DNA of 64,000 nucleotides from Clostridiales bacterium (GTDB lineage Bacteria > Bacillota > Clostridia > Christensenellales > CAG-138), in NCBI GenBank assembly GCA_918244965.1, contig CAKJYC010000004.1:1185-65184 (forward strand), in the 5' to 3' direction. The translations under genes were made by a program, and so were the position numbers. The notes under the pieces were generated by a model. That model searched no databases and was not told where the DNA came from. It saw only the letters and a list, made by a program, of their open reading frames with translations. Of the stretch, positions 37,911 to 47,189 are shown in pieces (positions within the stretch are counted from its first letter, which is position 1; each line of letters begins with the position of its first letter).

Positions 37911-38235
37911 ATTGAAAACGTATCTGGAACTCAGTGAAAAAGTCAAGGCCGATACAGCGTTGATGGAGCTGATCGACGAATACCAGAAAGAGACAAAACA
38001 GCTGATGGACCTTCTGCAGGATCCGAACTATGACGCACAGGAGGCGATCCGCCTGACAAACGACGTAGAATGGATGTCCGGGCAGATTTCGTCCAATCCG
38101 CTGTATCAGGAATTCGTTGCTGCAAAGGATGCGCTTGATCGAGTGCTCCGTGAAAAAGCGGCAATGTCCATGCCTTGCGATTGCAACTGCAGCACATGCA
38201 AAGCGGAATGCAGCTCACGGGAGGAAACGAAATGA
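37903..38235 (+). CDS. YlbF/YmcA (RicAF) family protein
   Basis: Helical 110-aa protein between miaB and mutS; NP...EF; C-terminal CDCNCSTC. Confidence 0.7.
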   Translation: MHELKTYLELSEKVKADTALMELIDEYQKETKQLMDLLQDPNYDAQEAIRLTNDVEWMSGQISSNPLYQEFVAAKDALDRVLREKAAMSMPCDCNCSTCKAECSSREETK

Positions 38236-40829
38236 GCGAACTGACGCCGATGATGCGCCAATACATGGAGGTCAAGCAGCAATATCCGGACTGCTTCCTC
38301 TTCTACCGTCTCGGCGACTTTTACGAGATGTTTTTTGACGATGCGATCGAAGGCTCCAAGATCCTGGAGCTGACGCTGACGGGACGCGACTGCGGGCTGG
38401 AGGAACGTGCGCCCATGTGCGGTGTTCCGTATCATGCGGTCGATTCGTACGTCAACAAGATGATCTCTTTGGGCCACAAGGTTGCGATCTGTGAGCAGAT
38501 GGAGGATCCTGCGCTTGCCAAGGGGCTTGTGACACGATCTGTCACGCGTGTCATTACGCCGGGAACCGTCATCGAGGAAAAGATGCTTGACAGCGCAAAA
38601 AACAATTATATCTTTGCGCTGAATTATTCGCAAAACGGGATCGGATACGCGTACTCCGATATTTCGACCGGCGTTTTCTATTGCTGCGAGGTATATGGCT
38701 CGAACGCTTCGGTCATTCTGTTTGATGAACTGACGCGCCTGATGCCGTCTGAAATCGTTGCAAACGAGCTTCTCTTTGAACAGGACTATCTGACTAAGCG
38801 CATCCGCTCCGGCTATTATCTCGAAAAGCTGCCGAACGTGCGATTCCATCCGGAGCAGGCGGAGAACCGCTTGAAACAGCACTTTGCCGTGTCCTCGATG
38901 AAGGGGTACGGTCTGGACGGAAAGACGCTTGCCGTCGGCGCGGCCGGCGCGCTGCTTTCGTATCTGGAGGATACGCAGAAGAACGCGTTAACGCATATTC
39001 ACTCGATCAGGCTTCTGAATCGTTCGTCGTTTATGCAGCTTGATGCATCTACGCGCCGCAATCTCGAACTGACGCAGCCGCTGCAGTTTAACGGCAGCAA
39101 GAAAAGCACGTTGCTGTATCTTCTGGATGCGACAAAGACCAGCATGGGCGCGCGTCTTTTGCGCAGTTGGATCGACTGTCCGCTTCAGTCAAAGGATGAG
39201 ATCGTATACCGCCTTCAAGCAGTCGATACGTTTGCAAAGGACCTCCGCACAAGAAAGATGCTCGGAGAGTACTTGGATTCCGTATACGATATCGAGCGTC
39301 TGACAAGCAAGATCGCGTACGGGACGATCAACGGGCGCGACTGTATCGCGCTTCTGAATTCGCTGCGGCAAATCACGCCGATCACGATGCTGTTGTGCGG
39401 AATACCGACCGAAGCGATCGACGCCATCGTGCGAGAACTCGATCCGATGGATGATGTGATCGCGCTGATCGATTCTGCGATTTCACCGAATCCACCCGTC
39501 AATATCAAGGACGGAGGACTGATTCGCAAAGGATACAACGCAGAGGTCGATGAGCTTAGAGCTGTATCCGGAGACAGTCAGAGCATGCTCGATCGCATCG
39601 TACAGCGTGAACGTGAAGCGACCGGAATCAAAACACTGCGGATCGGCTACAATCGTGTATTCGGTTACTATATCGAGGTCACAAAGTCCTTTACGCAGAA
39701 TGTTCCGTATTATTACGAGCGCAAACAAACGCTTGCAAATGCGGAACGATACATTACGCCGGAACTGAAGGAGCTTGAACAAAAGATCCTGAACGCGGCG
39801 GATCGGCTGCTGGAGCTTGAAACCGAGCTGTTCCAGGAGATCAAAAAGACGCTCCTTGCCTGCACGGAAAGGATGCAGCAGGACGCAGTACTGCTGGCGC
39901 GGCTTGACGTATTCCGCGCGCTTGCGGAGGTTGCCGTTTCCAACCGATACGTGATGCCGGTCATCTCGGATGCACCGGTGATCCGGATCAAAAACGGACG
40001 TCATCCGATTGTCGAGAAAGCCATGAAGAATGGGTTCATTCCGAATGACGTGCAGCTCGACGTCGAAAACAACCGCCTGCTGATCGTCACCGGCCCGAAT
40101 ATGGCCGGAAAATCGACCTATATGCGTCAAGTCGCGCTTATTACGCTGATGGCGCATATCGGATCCTTTGTACCGGCGGACGAAGCGGAGATCGGCATCG
40201 TTGACCGCATCTTTACGCGGATCGGCGCGAGCGATGACCTCGCATCCGGCCAGAGCACCTTCATGGTCGAAATGAGCGAGATGGCGAACATCATCAACAA
40301 CGCAACGAAGGACAGCCTGTTGATCCTTGATGAGATCGGTCGCGGCACAAGCACGTTTGACGGTCTTTCGATCGCCTGGTCTGTGCTTGAACATATTGCA
40401 AATCCGATCCTCTGCGGCGCAAAGACGCTGTTTGCTACACATTATCACGAATTGACGGAGCTCGAAGGCAAGTTGGACGGCGTTGTAAACTACCGTATCA
40501 CGGTCAAGGAGATCGGCGACGACGTTCTGTTTCTGCGCAAGATCGTGAAGGGCAGTGCGGATAAGAGCTTCGGCATCCAGGTTGCGCGGCTTGCCGGTTT
40601 ACCGGATACCGTGATTTCTCGTGCAAAAGAGATCCTCGGCGAATTGGAACAGTCGGATCTCTTGACGCGAGAACCGAGCAAGGAGACCGGAAGGGAACCG
40701 GAGACCGTCGGAAACCGTGTTGAACAGTCGATTCTGAACGATCTCAAAAAGATCGATCTCGATCATATGACGCCGATCGAAGCGTTTATGAAGCTGCATA
40801 CATATCTGGATGCGATGAAGGGGGAATAG
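38232..40829 (+). CDS. mutS: DNA mismatch repair protein MutS
   Basis: TPMMRQY, GDFYEMF, GPNMAGKST, STFMVEM, DEIGRGTST, FATHYHEL. Confidence 0.97.
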   Translation: MSELTPMMRQYMEVKQQYPDCFLFYRLGDFYEMFFDDAIEGSKILELTLTGRDCGLEERAPMCGVPYHAVDSYVNKMISLGHKVAICEQMEDPALAKGLVTRSVTRVITPGTVIEEKMLDSAKNNYIFALNYSQNGIGYAYSDISTGVFYCCEVYGSNASVILFDELTRLMPSEIVANELLFEQDYLTKRIRSGYYLEKLPNVRFHPEQAENRLKQHFAVSSMKGYGLDGKTLAVGAAGALLSYLEDTQKNALTHIHSIRLLNRSSFMQLDASTRRNLELTQPLQFNGSKKSTLLYLLDATKTSMGARLLRSWIDCPLQSKDEIVYRLQAVDTFAKDLRTRKMLGEYLDSVYDIERLTSKIAYGTINGRDCIALLNSLRQITPITMLLCGIPTEAIDAIVRELDPMDDVIALIDSAISPNPPVNIKDGGLIRKGYNAEVDELRAVSGDSQSMLDRIVQREREATGIKTLRIGYNRVFGYYIEVTKSFTQNVPYYYERKQTLANAERYITPELKELEQKILNAADRLLELETELFQEIKKTLLACTERMQQDAVLLARLDVFRALAEVAVSNRYVMPVISDAPVIRIKNGRHPIVEKAMKNGFIPNDVQLDVENNRLLIVTGPNMAGKSTYMRQVALITLMAHIGSFVPADEAEIGIVDRIFTRIGASDDLASGQSTFMVEMSEMANIINNATKDSLLILDEIGRGTSTFDGLSIAWSVLEHIANPILCGAKTLFATHYHELTELEGKLDGVVNYRITVKEIGDDVLFLRKIVKGSADKSFGIQVARLAGLPDTVISRAKEILGELEQSDLLTREPSKETGREPETVGNRVEQSILNDLKKIDLDHMTPIEAFMKLHTYLDAMKGE

Positions 40830-40832
40830 CGT

Positions 40833-42656
40833 ATGCCTGTGATTCGTGTATTGAAACCGCAGGTTGCAAATCAAATTGCCGCAGGCGAAGTCGTAGAACG
40901 ACCGGCTTCCGTTGTGAAAGAGCTGATCGAAAATGCAATTGATGCCGGCGCAACGGCAATCGGCATACGCATCGAAAACGGCGGCATGCGCAGCATTACC
41001 GTGACTGACAACGGCTGCGGTATTGCAAAGGAAGACTGCAGGAATGCATTTCTTCGTCATGCAACCAGCAAGATCGAAACAGCGGAGGACCTGTCGCATG
41101 TACTGACGCTCGGATTTCGCGGTGAAGCGCTTGCGTCGATTGCATCCGTATCGAAGGTGACCATGACGACCCGCCCGAAGGATGCAGACGTTGGCACAAT
41201 GATTGTTTACGACAACGGCGTAATCGTCAAAGAAGAGGATGCGCCATGCGTATTCGGGACCTCCTTTACCGTTGAAGAGCTGTTTGCTTCGGTTCCCGCA
41301 AGGTTGAAATTCCTAAAATCTGCACGCACCGAAGCAGGCTACATCGGAGACTACATCAGCAAGATGATCCTTGCGCGGCCTGAGATTTCCTTCCGCTATG
41401 AATCCGACGGAAAGATCGTTTATGAGACATACGGAGACGGAAGTCTGTTCAATGCTGTTTTCTGCGTTTACGGTGCGGCGATCGCGGATAAGCTTGTTCC
41501 GGTTGCGTATGACAACGGCTACATAAAGGTGACGGGCTATTTGGGACTGCCGGAAATCTCACGGAACAATCGCACCTATCAGACGCTGTTCATCAACGGA
41601 CGTTCCGTCCGCGCAGCGTCTGTATCGGCAGCGGTACTGCAGGCATACGACACACGACTGATGATTGGCAGGTTTCCGTTCTTTGTGATCAACCTGTCGC
41701 TTGCACCGCAGGAGGTCGACGTCAATGTACATCCGACCAAGGCAGAAGTGCGGTTTGCGGATGAGAATCGCGTATTTACGTCCGTTTCAGCAGCATCAAG
41801 GCTTGCGCTCGATACCGTATCACAGCATGTTGAATCCGCGTTCGAGCATGTTCAGCCGAAGCAGCCGGACGCGGATCAAGCACAGCCGGAGCGTACGTAT
41901 ACACCTGCTCCCAAAGTGGACTTCCATGCGTATTCATCCAATCAGCCGGCATTTCATTACAGGGAGAGCGGACCGATCCGCACGTTCGAGCAAAAAGGAA
42001 GCGTTGGCAGCGTACCGAGCTTTACGATCGAAACAGATCGTCCCGCACCTCGCAAGAAGGAAGATGCCGAAACGCTTTTCAGTACAGAACTGCCGGACAT
42101 CATCGGCTGCATCTTTCAGACCTACTGGCTCGTGACTCGCGGTGATACGCTGTACCTGATCGATCAGCACGCGGCACACGAACGCAGACTGTATGACGAT
42201 CTTTGTTCGCGCAAAACCGAGCTTACCGCACAGCGTCTGCTCGTCCCGCGCGAGGTGAAGCTGACGCCCTCGGAAATGTCCGTATGGGAGGCAAACGGTT
42301 CCGTATTATCGGATCTTGGATTCGGCTTGACAAAGACCGGCGCGATGACGCTGCTGATGTCCGAAGTGCCGGTCTTGAATGGACAGCTTTTGAATGAAGC
42401 GTACCTTATGACGGTTCTTTCGATGCTTTCCGAACAGACACAGAATGCTGCCGGTGCGCTGTTAAAGGAACAGCTGATGCAGACGGCATGCAAACATGCG
42501 ATCAAAGGCGGTGAGCCTGTCACACGTGAAGAGATCGCATCGCTTCTGGAACTGTTCCTGAACGGTGAGATTCCGCTGACCTGTCCGCACGGACGGCCTG
42601 TCGTGGTACGAATCACAAAAACGGAGCTTGAAAAAATGTTCCGCAGAATCGTATGA
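40833..42656 (+). CDS. mutL: DNA mismatch repair endonuclease MutL
   Basis: IAAGEVVERP, GFRGEAL, DVNVHP.K, DQHAAHER, ACK, CPHGRP. Confidence 0.97.
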   Translation: MPVIRVLKPQVANQIAAGEVVERPASVVKELIENAIDAGATAIGIRIENGGMRSITVTDNGCGIAKEDCRNAFLRHATSKIETAEDLSHVLTLGFRGEALASIASVSKVTMTTRPKDADVGTMIVYDNGVIVKEEDAPCVFGTSFTVEELFASVPARLKFLKSARTEAGYIGDYISKMILARPEISFRYESDGKIVYETYGDGSLFNAVFCVYGAAIADKLVPVAYDNGYIKVTGYLGLPEISRNNRTYQTLFINGRSVRAASVSAAVLQAYDTRLMIGRFPFFVINLSLAPQEVDVNVHPTKAEVRFADENRVFTSVSAASRLALDTVSQHVESAFEHVQPKQPDADQAQPERTYTPAPKVDFHAYSSNQPAFHYRESGPIRTFEQKGSVGSVPSFTIETDRPAPRKKEDAETLFSTELPDIIGCIFQTYWLVTRGDTLYLIDQHAAHERRLYDDLCSRKTELTAQRLLVPREVKLTPSEMSVWEANGSVLSDLGFGLTKTGAMTLLMSEVPVLNGQLLNEAYLMTVLSMLSEQTQNAAGALLKEQLMQTACKHAIKGGEPVTREEIASLLELFLNGEIPLTCPHGRPVVVRITKTELEKMFRRIV

Positions 42657-43609
42657 ACGAGAAACCTGTCGTTCTTTGTATCGTTGGACCGACAGCATGC
42701 GGAAAAACTGCCTTATCGGTTGCAGCTGCGCTTGCGCTGAACGGGGAAATCGTTTCTGCTGACGCTGTTGCGGCCTATCGCGGACTGGACATCGGCTCTG
42801 CCAAACCGAACGTTTCCGAACGCAAGGGCGTGCCGCATCATCTGATCGATTGTGCGGAAATCACCGACGACAGCTTTACGGTATCGACCTTTCGCTCGCT
42901 TGCGCGCGATGCGATCGAAGGCATTCATTCGCGCGGGAAGCTGCCGATTGTCGTCGGCGGCAGCGGCCTGTATCTGGATGCAATCTTTGCCGATATGCGC
43001 TTTTCAGCGCCTTCAGACACGGATGTTCGCGCTTCGATAGAGAATGAATACGATACGGATCGAAATGCTGTTTTTGAAGCACTCAAGCGTTCCGATCCTG
43101 TCACGGCAGCGAGGCTCCATCCGAACGACAAAAGACGGGTCGTTCGCGCAATGGAGGTATACCGTATAACAGGGAAGTCGTTTTCAGAGCTGAACGCTTC
43201 TTTTGAAACCGCACAGCAAGAGGATGATACGTATCGGTCTGTTCGAATCGGATTGAACATGGATCGCAGTCTTCTGTATGAACGGATCAACGAACGCGTT
43301 GAACAGATGATCGCGGACGGGCTCGTTGAGGAAGCGTTTCACCTGTTTGATCTCGGTTATACGCCGGATCGGTATCGCGCAATGCAGTCGATCGGATATG
43401 CAGAGCTCATTGACGTCTACCGGGACACAGATACAATAGAAAACGCGATAGAAAGGATCAAGCTCAATACCCGGCATTTTGCAAAAAGACAGATCACCTG
43501 GTTCAAGCGAAACAGATCCACAATATGGTTCGATCCGCTCAGAACACCGACAGAAGAGATCATCAGTAAGATTACGGAGTATATCAATGGACATACAGAC
43601 AACAATTGA
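42653..43609 (+). CDS. miaA: tRNA dimethylallyltransferase
   Basis: GPTACGKT, DIGSAKP, PHHLID, GGSGLY, HPND.RRV.RA.E, AKRQITWF. Confidence 0.95.
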   Translation: MNEKPVVLCIVGPTACGKTALSVAAALALNGEIVSADAVAAYRGLDIGSAKPNVSERKGVPHHLIDCAEITDDSFTVSTFRSLARDAIEGIHSRGKLPIVVGGSGLYLDAIFADMRFSAPSDTDVRASIENEYDTDRNAVFEALKRSDPVTAARLHPNDKRRVVRAMEVYRITGKSFSELNASFETAQQEDDTYRSVRIGLNMDRSLLYERINERVEQMIADGLVEEAFHLFDLGYTPDRYRAMQSIGYAELIDVYRDTDTIENAIERIKLNTRHFAKRQITWFKRNRSTIWFDPLRTPTEEIISKITEYINGHTDNN

Positions 43610-44822
43610 ACAGGCGGAAGCGCGTGCGCAAAAAGCGTATCAGAAAGCCGAAAGGACAGCAATCATCTGTCAGGAGCGAGTGCTTGCCGCATTTCAGAAG
43701 CATCGAATTTCGGCGCGTCATTTTGCACCGACGGAAGGATACGGGTATGACGATATCGGCAGAGACGCTCTGGATGAGTTGTTTGCCGATGCACTTCAGG
43801 CGGAATCCGCGCTTGTGCGTCCGCAGATCGCGAACGGTACGCACGCAATCTTCCTTGCGCTGTCCGGCGTCACGGAGCCGGGGGATACCATCCTTTCGCT
43901 GACCGGCGCACCGTATGATACGCTGGAAAGCGCTGTAGGATTGAACGGCGATCTGCCGAATGCCCTGACACGGTTCGGGATCCGGTTTCATTCGGTTCCG
44001 TTTGCAGACGACGAGATCGATCTTGAAGAGGCAGGGGAGCTGCTGAAAAACGATCCTTCCGTAAAAATGGTCTATCTGCAACGTTCGAGAGGCTATGCGT
44101 GGCGCAAAGCGCTGACGATTCGCGAGATCCGTGAAACGATTGCGTTTGTTCGCAAGATCAGACCTGATGTCATCGTATTCATCGACAACTGTTACGGCGA
44201 GTTTACGGAGACAGAGGAACCGACGGCGGTCGGCGCGGACTTGATGGCGGGAAGTCTCATCAAGAATTGCGGCGGCGGCATTGCGCCTACCGGCGGATAC
44301 ATTACCGGCAGGAAGGACCTGATCGAAGCGGTTGCATTTCGACAAACCGTACCGGGATGCGGCAAAGAGATTGGTTCTTATGCCGCTTCCTATCGGCCGT
44401 TTTATCAGGGGCTGTTCATGGCGCCGCACACCGTTTTGCAGTGCATGAAGAGTGCGATCCTGTTTGCCGCATTGTTTGAAACGCTCCAATATAATACGCT
44501 CCCGTCCGTCAACGACGAAAGGAGCGATATCATACAATCGGTACAGTTTCGTACAAAAGAAGAGATGATCGCGTTCACGCAGGCGGTACAGGCGGCTGCA
44601 CCGATCGACAGCTTCGTTGTGCCGGAACCGTGGGATATGCCGGGCTACACAGATCAGGTCATCATGGCTGCTGGGGCGTTTGTGCAGGGCGCAACGACAG
44701 AGCTTTCTGCGGACGGCCCGATTCGAGAGCCGTATACGGCCTATCTGCAGGGGGCGCTGACCTATGAACATGCCGTACTGGCTGCAAGGTCCGTGCTGAA
44801 GGCGTTAATAACTCCGCATTAA
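43587..44822 (+). CDS. YnbB / methionine gamma-lyase-like PLP protein (aluminium-resistance family)
   Basis: GYGYDDIGRD, GTHA, PYDTL, QRSRGY, DNCYGEF, AGSLIKN.GGG, AGAFVQG...ELSADGP. Confidence 0.9.
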   Translation: MDIQTTIEQAEARAQKAYQKAERTAIICQERVLAAFQKHRISARHFAPTEGYGYDDIGRDALDELFADALQAESALVRPQIANGTHAIFLALSGVTEPGDTILSLTGAPYDTLESAVGLNGDLPNALTRFGIRFHSVPFADDEIDLEEAGELLKNDPSVKMVYLQRSRGYAWRKALTIREIRETIAFVRKIRPDVIVFIDNCYGEFTETEEPTAVGADLMAGSLIKNCGGGIAPTGGYITGRKDLIEAVAFRQTVPGCGKEIGSYAASYRPFYQGLFMAPHTVLQCMKSAILFAALFETLQYNTLPSVNDERSDIIQSVQFRTKEEMIAFTQAVQAAAPIDSFVVPEPWDMPGYTDQVIMAAGAFVQGATTELSADGPIREPYTAYLQGALTYEHAVLAARSVLKALITPH

Positions 44823-45416
44823 ACCTGTCACGCAACCTAGGATCTCAACGCGGTCTGACGGATAGAGCATTGGGGAGAAGGCTTCGTTTTCCGGACGGAG
44901 CTCGATCTCCTTTTCTTTTTGGAAAAAGCGTTTGACGGTGACTTCTTCGCCGTCGACGCGCGCTACGACAATATCGCCGTCGTGCGGAACCGCGTCCTGT
45001 TCAACGACAATGATATCACGATCGAAGATCCCGGCATTGTACATACTGTCGCCGTCTACACGGAGCATAAAAACGTCGCTCCTTACGCCGTGTACGAGCA
45101 TAGACGGAATCGGAAATTCGTCCTCACGGTTCTCATGCGCATGGATCGGATACCCGGCGGCAACTTTTCCGAGAAGCGGAACGGACTCTGAACGATCGGC
45201 AATCGGTGCGGCGACAGTATAGGAACGTTTTTTGTTCGGATCGACTGAAAGGATGCCTTCGTCGATCAGCTGCCGAAGATATCGGTGCACAGAGGCAGGG
45301 GATGTCAACCCGACGCCCGTGCAGATTTCACGAACCGTAGGCGGATAACCGTTTTTTCTTTGTTCGTTCAGAATAAACTGAAAGATCTTGTCCTTTGCAT
45401 CGCTGATTTTGCGCAT
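44805..45416 (-). CDS. lexA: SOS repressor LexA
   Basis: GYPPTVREI wHTH, VAAG cleavage site, GDSM catalytic Ser, TVKRF catalytic Lys. Confidence 0.95.
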   Translation of the reverse strand: MRKISDAKDKIFQFILNEQRKNGYPPTVREICTGVGLTSPASVHRYLRQLIDEGILSVDPNKKRSYTVAAPIADRSESVPLLGKVAAGYPIHAHENREDEFPIPSMLVHGVRSDVFMLRVDGDSMYNAGIFDRDIIVVEQDAVPHDGDIVVARVDGEEVTVKRFFQKEKEIELRPENEAFSPMLYPSDRVEILGCVTGLMRSY

Positions 45417-45460
45417 CGTCCCACCTCCGTGATGATTGTATCACAGCTGTCTGAAAAATG

Positions 45461-45474
45461 CAAACAAATGTTCG
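45461..45474 (-). promoter_or_regulatory. SOS (Cheo) box overlapping the lexA -35
   Basis: Minus strand CGAACATTTGTTTG fits Bacillota GAAC-N4-GTTY; overlaps TTGCAT-17-TACAAT promoter. Confidence 0.8.
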
Positions 45475-45482
45475 TAATATTT

Positions 45483-46574
45483 TCAGGATTCGTCGGAAGA
45501 AGGAGAGGGCTCAGGAGAATCTTCGCGAAGCTTAATGTATTTTGCAGCAAGTCGGCTCTTTTCTTCCGTCATAGCGGCATAATGCTTGCGGGTCGTGTTG
45601 ACGTCTTTGTGACCGAGCACATCGGCAACCAGATAGATGTCGCCGCTCTCCTGATAGAGCATCGTACCGTAAGTGCTGCGCAGTTTATGCGGCGTGATCT
45701 TTTTCAACGGCGTTGCGATCTGCGCATACTTTTTCACAAGGTTTTCAACGGCGCGCGGTGTGATGCGTTTTCTCTGCATGGACAGAAAGAACGCGGATTC
45801 ATGTCCGGCAATCGGGATAACAGTTTTTCGTTCTTCAAGATACTCCAAAAGTGCGGCGCGTACTTCCGGACCAAAAGCAAGCGTTTCCTGATTGCCGCCT
45901 TTGCGTGTAACAATGAATTCATTTTTAGAAAAATCCACATCGTTCAGGTCGATTCCGACAAGCTCGGAGATTCGGATTCCGGTGCCGAGAAACAGAGAGA
46001 GGATCGCGACGTCGCGCAGCTTCGTCGCATCGTGGTATCTGCGCTGTGCCTTACTCAAACCGCTGCCTTGCTCGGCAGAATCGAGAAGATCCGCGACCTC
46101 GTTGGCCTCAAGTCGAATAATGGCTTTTTCATGCAGCTTCGGCGTGTCGACCAACGCAGCACAATTTGTTTTGATCAACTCTTTTTTATATAAATATTTA
46201 AATAATGCACGAATAGCCGATAATTTGCGGGATTTCGCACGTTCATTGTTTTCGATCAGTTTTTCGACTTCTGCGGTTTGGTTCTTATACAGTGAGATGT
46301 ATTCCAGATAAAGCTCAATATCAAGGGAGCAGAGGAGTTCCAGATCGGTGCATGACAGATCCCGGATCGCTTTATCGGAAAACCGATCGATTTGTCCGGA
46401 CGTCAAAAATCGAAAGAATGTACGAAGATCGACAGCATATCCGTAACGTGTCAATACCGACGTCGTCGGTTCGATGGCTCGAAAATATAACCGGCAAAAA
46501 CCGGGCAGTTCCGATAAAACGTTTCTGAAGCGCTCGGTCATGATTTGTTTCTTTTCGAGCTGGTAATCACTCAT
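45483..46574 (-). CDS. tyrosine recombinase, XerC/XerS-like (363 aa)
   Basis: Catalytic set TGIRISEL (R), TRKGG (K), HKLR (HxxR), LGH, HY; GGAGG SD before ATG 46574. Confidence 0.9.
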   Translation of the reverse strand: MSDYQLEKKQIMTERFRNVLSELPGFCRLYFRAIEPTTSVLTRYGYAVDLRTFFRFLTSGQIDRFSDKAIRDLSCTDLELLCSLDIELYLEYISLYKNQTAEVEKLIENNERAKSRKLSAIRALFKYLYKKELIKTNCAALVDTPKLHEKAIIRLEANEVADLLDSAEQGSGLSKAQRRYHDATKLRDVAILSLFLGTGIRISELVGIDLNDVDFSKNEFIVTRKGGNQETLAFGPEVRAALLEYLEERKTVIPIAGHESAFFLSMQRKRITPRAVENLVKKYAQIATPLKKITPHKLRSTYGTMLYQESGDIYLVADVLGHKDVNTTRKHYAAMTEEKSRLAAKYIKLREDSPEPSPSSDES

Positions 46575-46620
46575 GCAACAGCCTCCAAATCGGGAAGAAT
46601 AAGATTTTTCGTATATACGA

Positions 46621-46649
46621 ATTATAACAAAACTATTCGTTAAAGACAA
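46621..46649 (-). promoter_or_regulatory. sigma-A promoter of the recombinase gene
   Basis: TTGTCT-17 nt-TATAAT with TG extension on minus strand. Confidence 0.7.
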
Positions 46650-46664
46650 GTTTAACGAATAGTT
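46631..46664. repeat. perfect 14-bp inverted repeat with 6-bp spacer; candidate dif-like recombination site
   Basis: AACTATTCGTTAAA-GACAAG-TTTAACGAATAGTT, 56 nt upstream of the recombinase start; the repeat is certain, the dif role is inferred. Confidence 0.7.
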
Positions 46665-46700
46665 GTTTACAGAAAGGATACATTTTCGGCGTATTATGCG

Positions 46701-47183
46701 TTATTCGGGCTTCAAACCGTCTGCGTCAGTCGATTCTGTGCATTCGTCCTGAAGTGCTTTGATCGCATCGCGTGCCAGTTTGTCACAGCGATTGTTTTCA
46801 GCATTGTCCGAATGTCCTTTAACTTTATGAAAGCATACAACATGCGTTTCACATAGCGCAAGCAATTGTTCCCATAGATCGCGATTGTCGACTTCGCCGC
46901 GGTTTGCCGTTTTCCAACCGTTTTGCTGCCAGCGTTTCAGCCAGCCTTTTTCAAAAGCGCCGCACAGATATGCGCTGTCGGTATACAGATCGACTGAGCA
47001 GCTGCGTTTCAAAAGTCGCAATGCTTCGATCGCAGCAGTCAGCTCCATGCGGTTGTTTGTCGTTTCTGCGGCGTTCCCACTGGCTTCTTTGCGATGCGAA
47101 CCGTACAACAGCACGCAGCCCCAGCCGCCCGGTCCCGGATTGCGCGAACAAGCGCCGTCAGTGTAGATGTCGACCCGATCCAT
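46701..47183 (-). CDS. rnhA: ribonuclease HI
   Basis: YTDGACS.NPGPGG, TTNNRMEL, TDSAY, KVKGH, N.RCD.LA. Confidence 0.95.
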   Translation of the reverse strand: MDRVDIYTDGACSRNPGPGGWGCVLLYGSHRKEASGNAAETTNNRMELTAAIEALRLLKRSCSVDLYTDSAYLCGAFEKGWLKRWQQNGWKTANRGEVDNRDLWEQLLALCETHVVCFHKVKGHSDNAENNRCDKLARDAIKALQDECTESTDADGLKPE

Positions 47184-47189
47184 GTTTCC

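Noticed and set aside
40640-40829. MutS apparently lacking the C-terminal beta-clamp motif
   Set aside because: QSDLL may be a variant of the QL(S/D)LF motif, so absence cannot be claimed.
45483-46574. Tyrosine recombinase as a prophage or ICE integrase
   Set aside because: Flanked by lexA and rnhA with no phage, conjugation or excisionase genes and no att-like direct repeats seen.
46631-46664. Palindrome as merely the rnhA terminator
   Set aside because: Not excluded, but the stem is AT-rich, unlike the GC-rich terminators elsewhere in the window, and it coincides with the recombinase promoter; kept as the alternative hypothesis.
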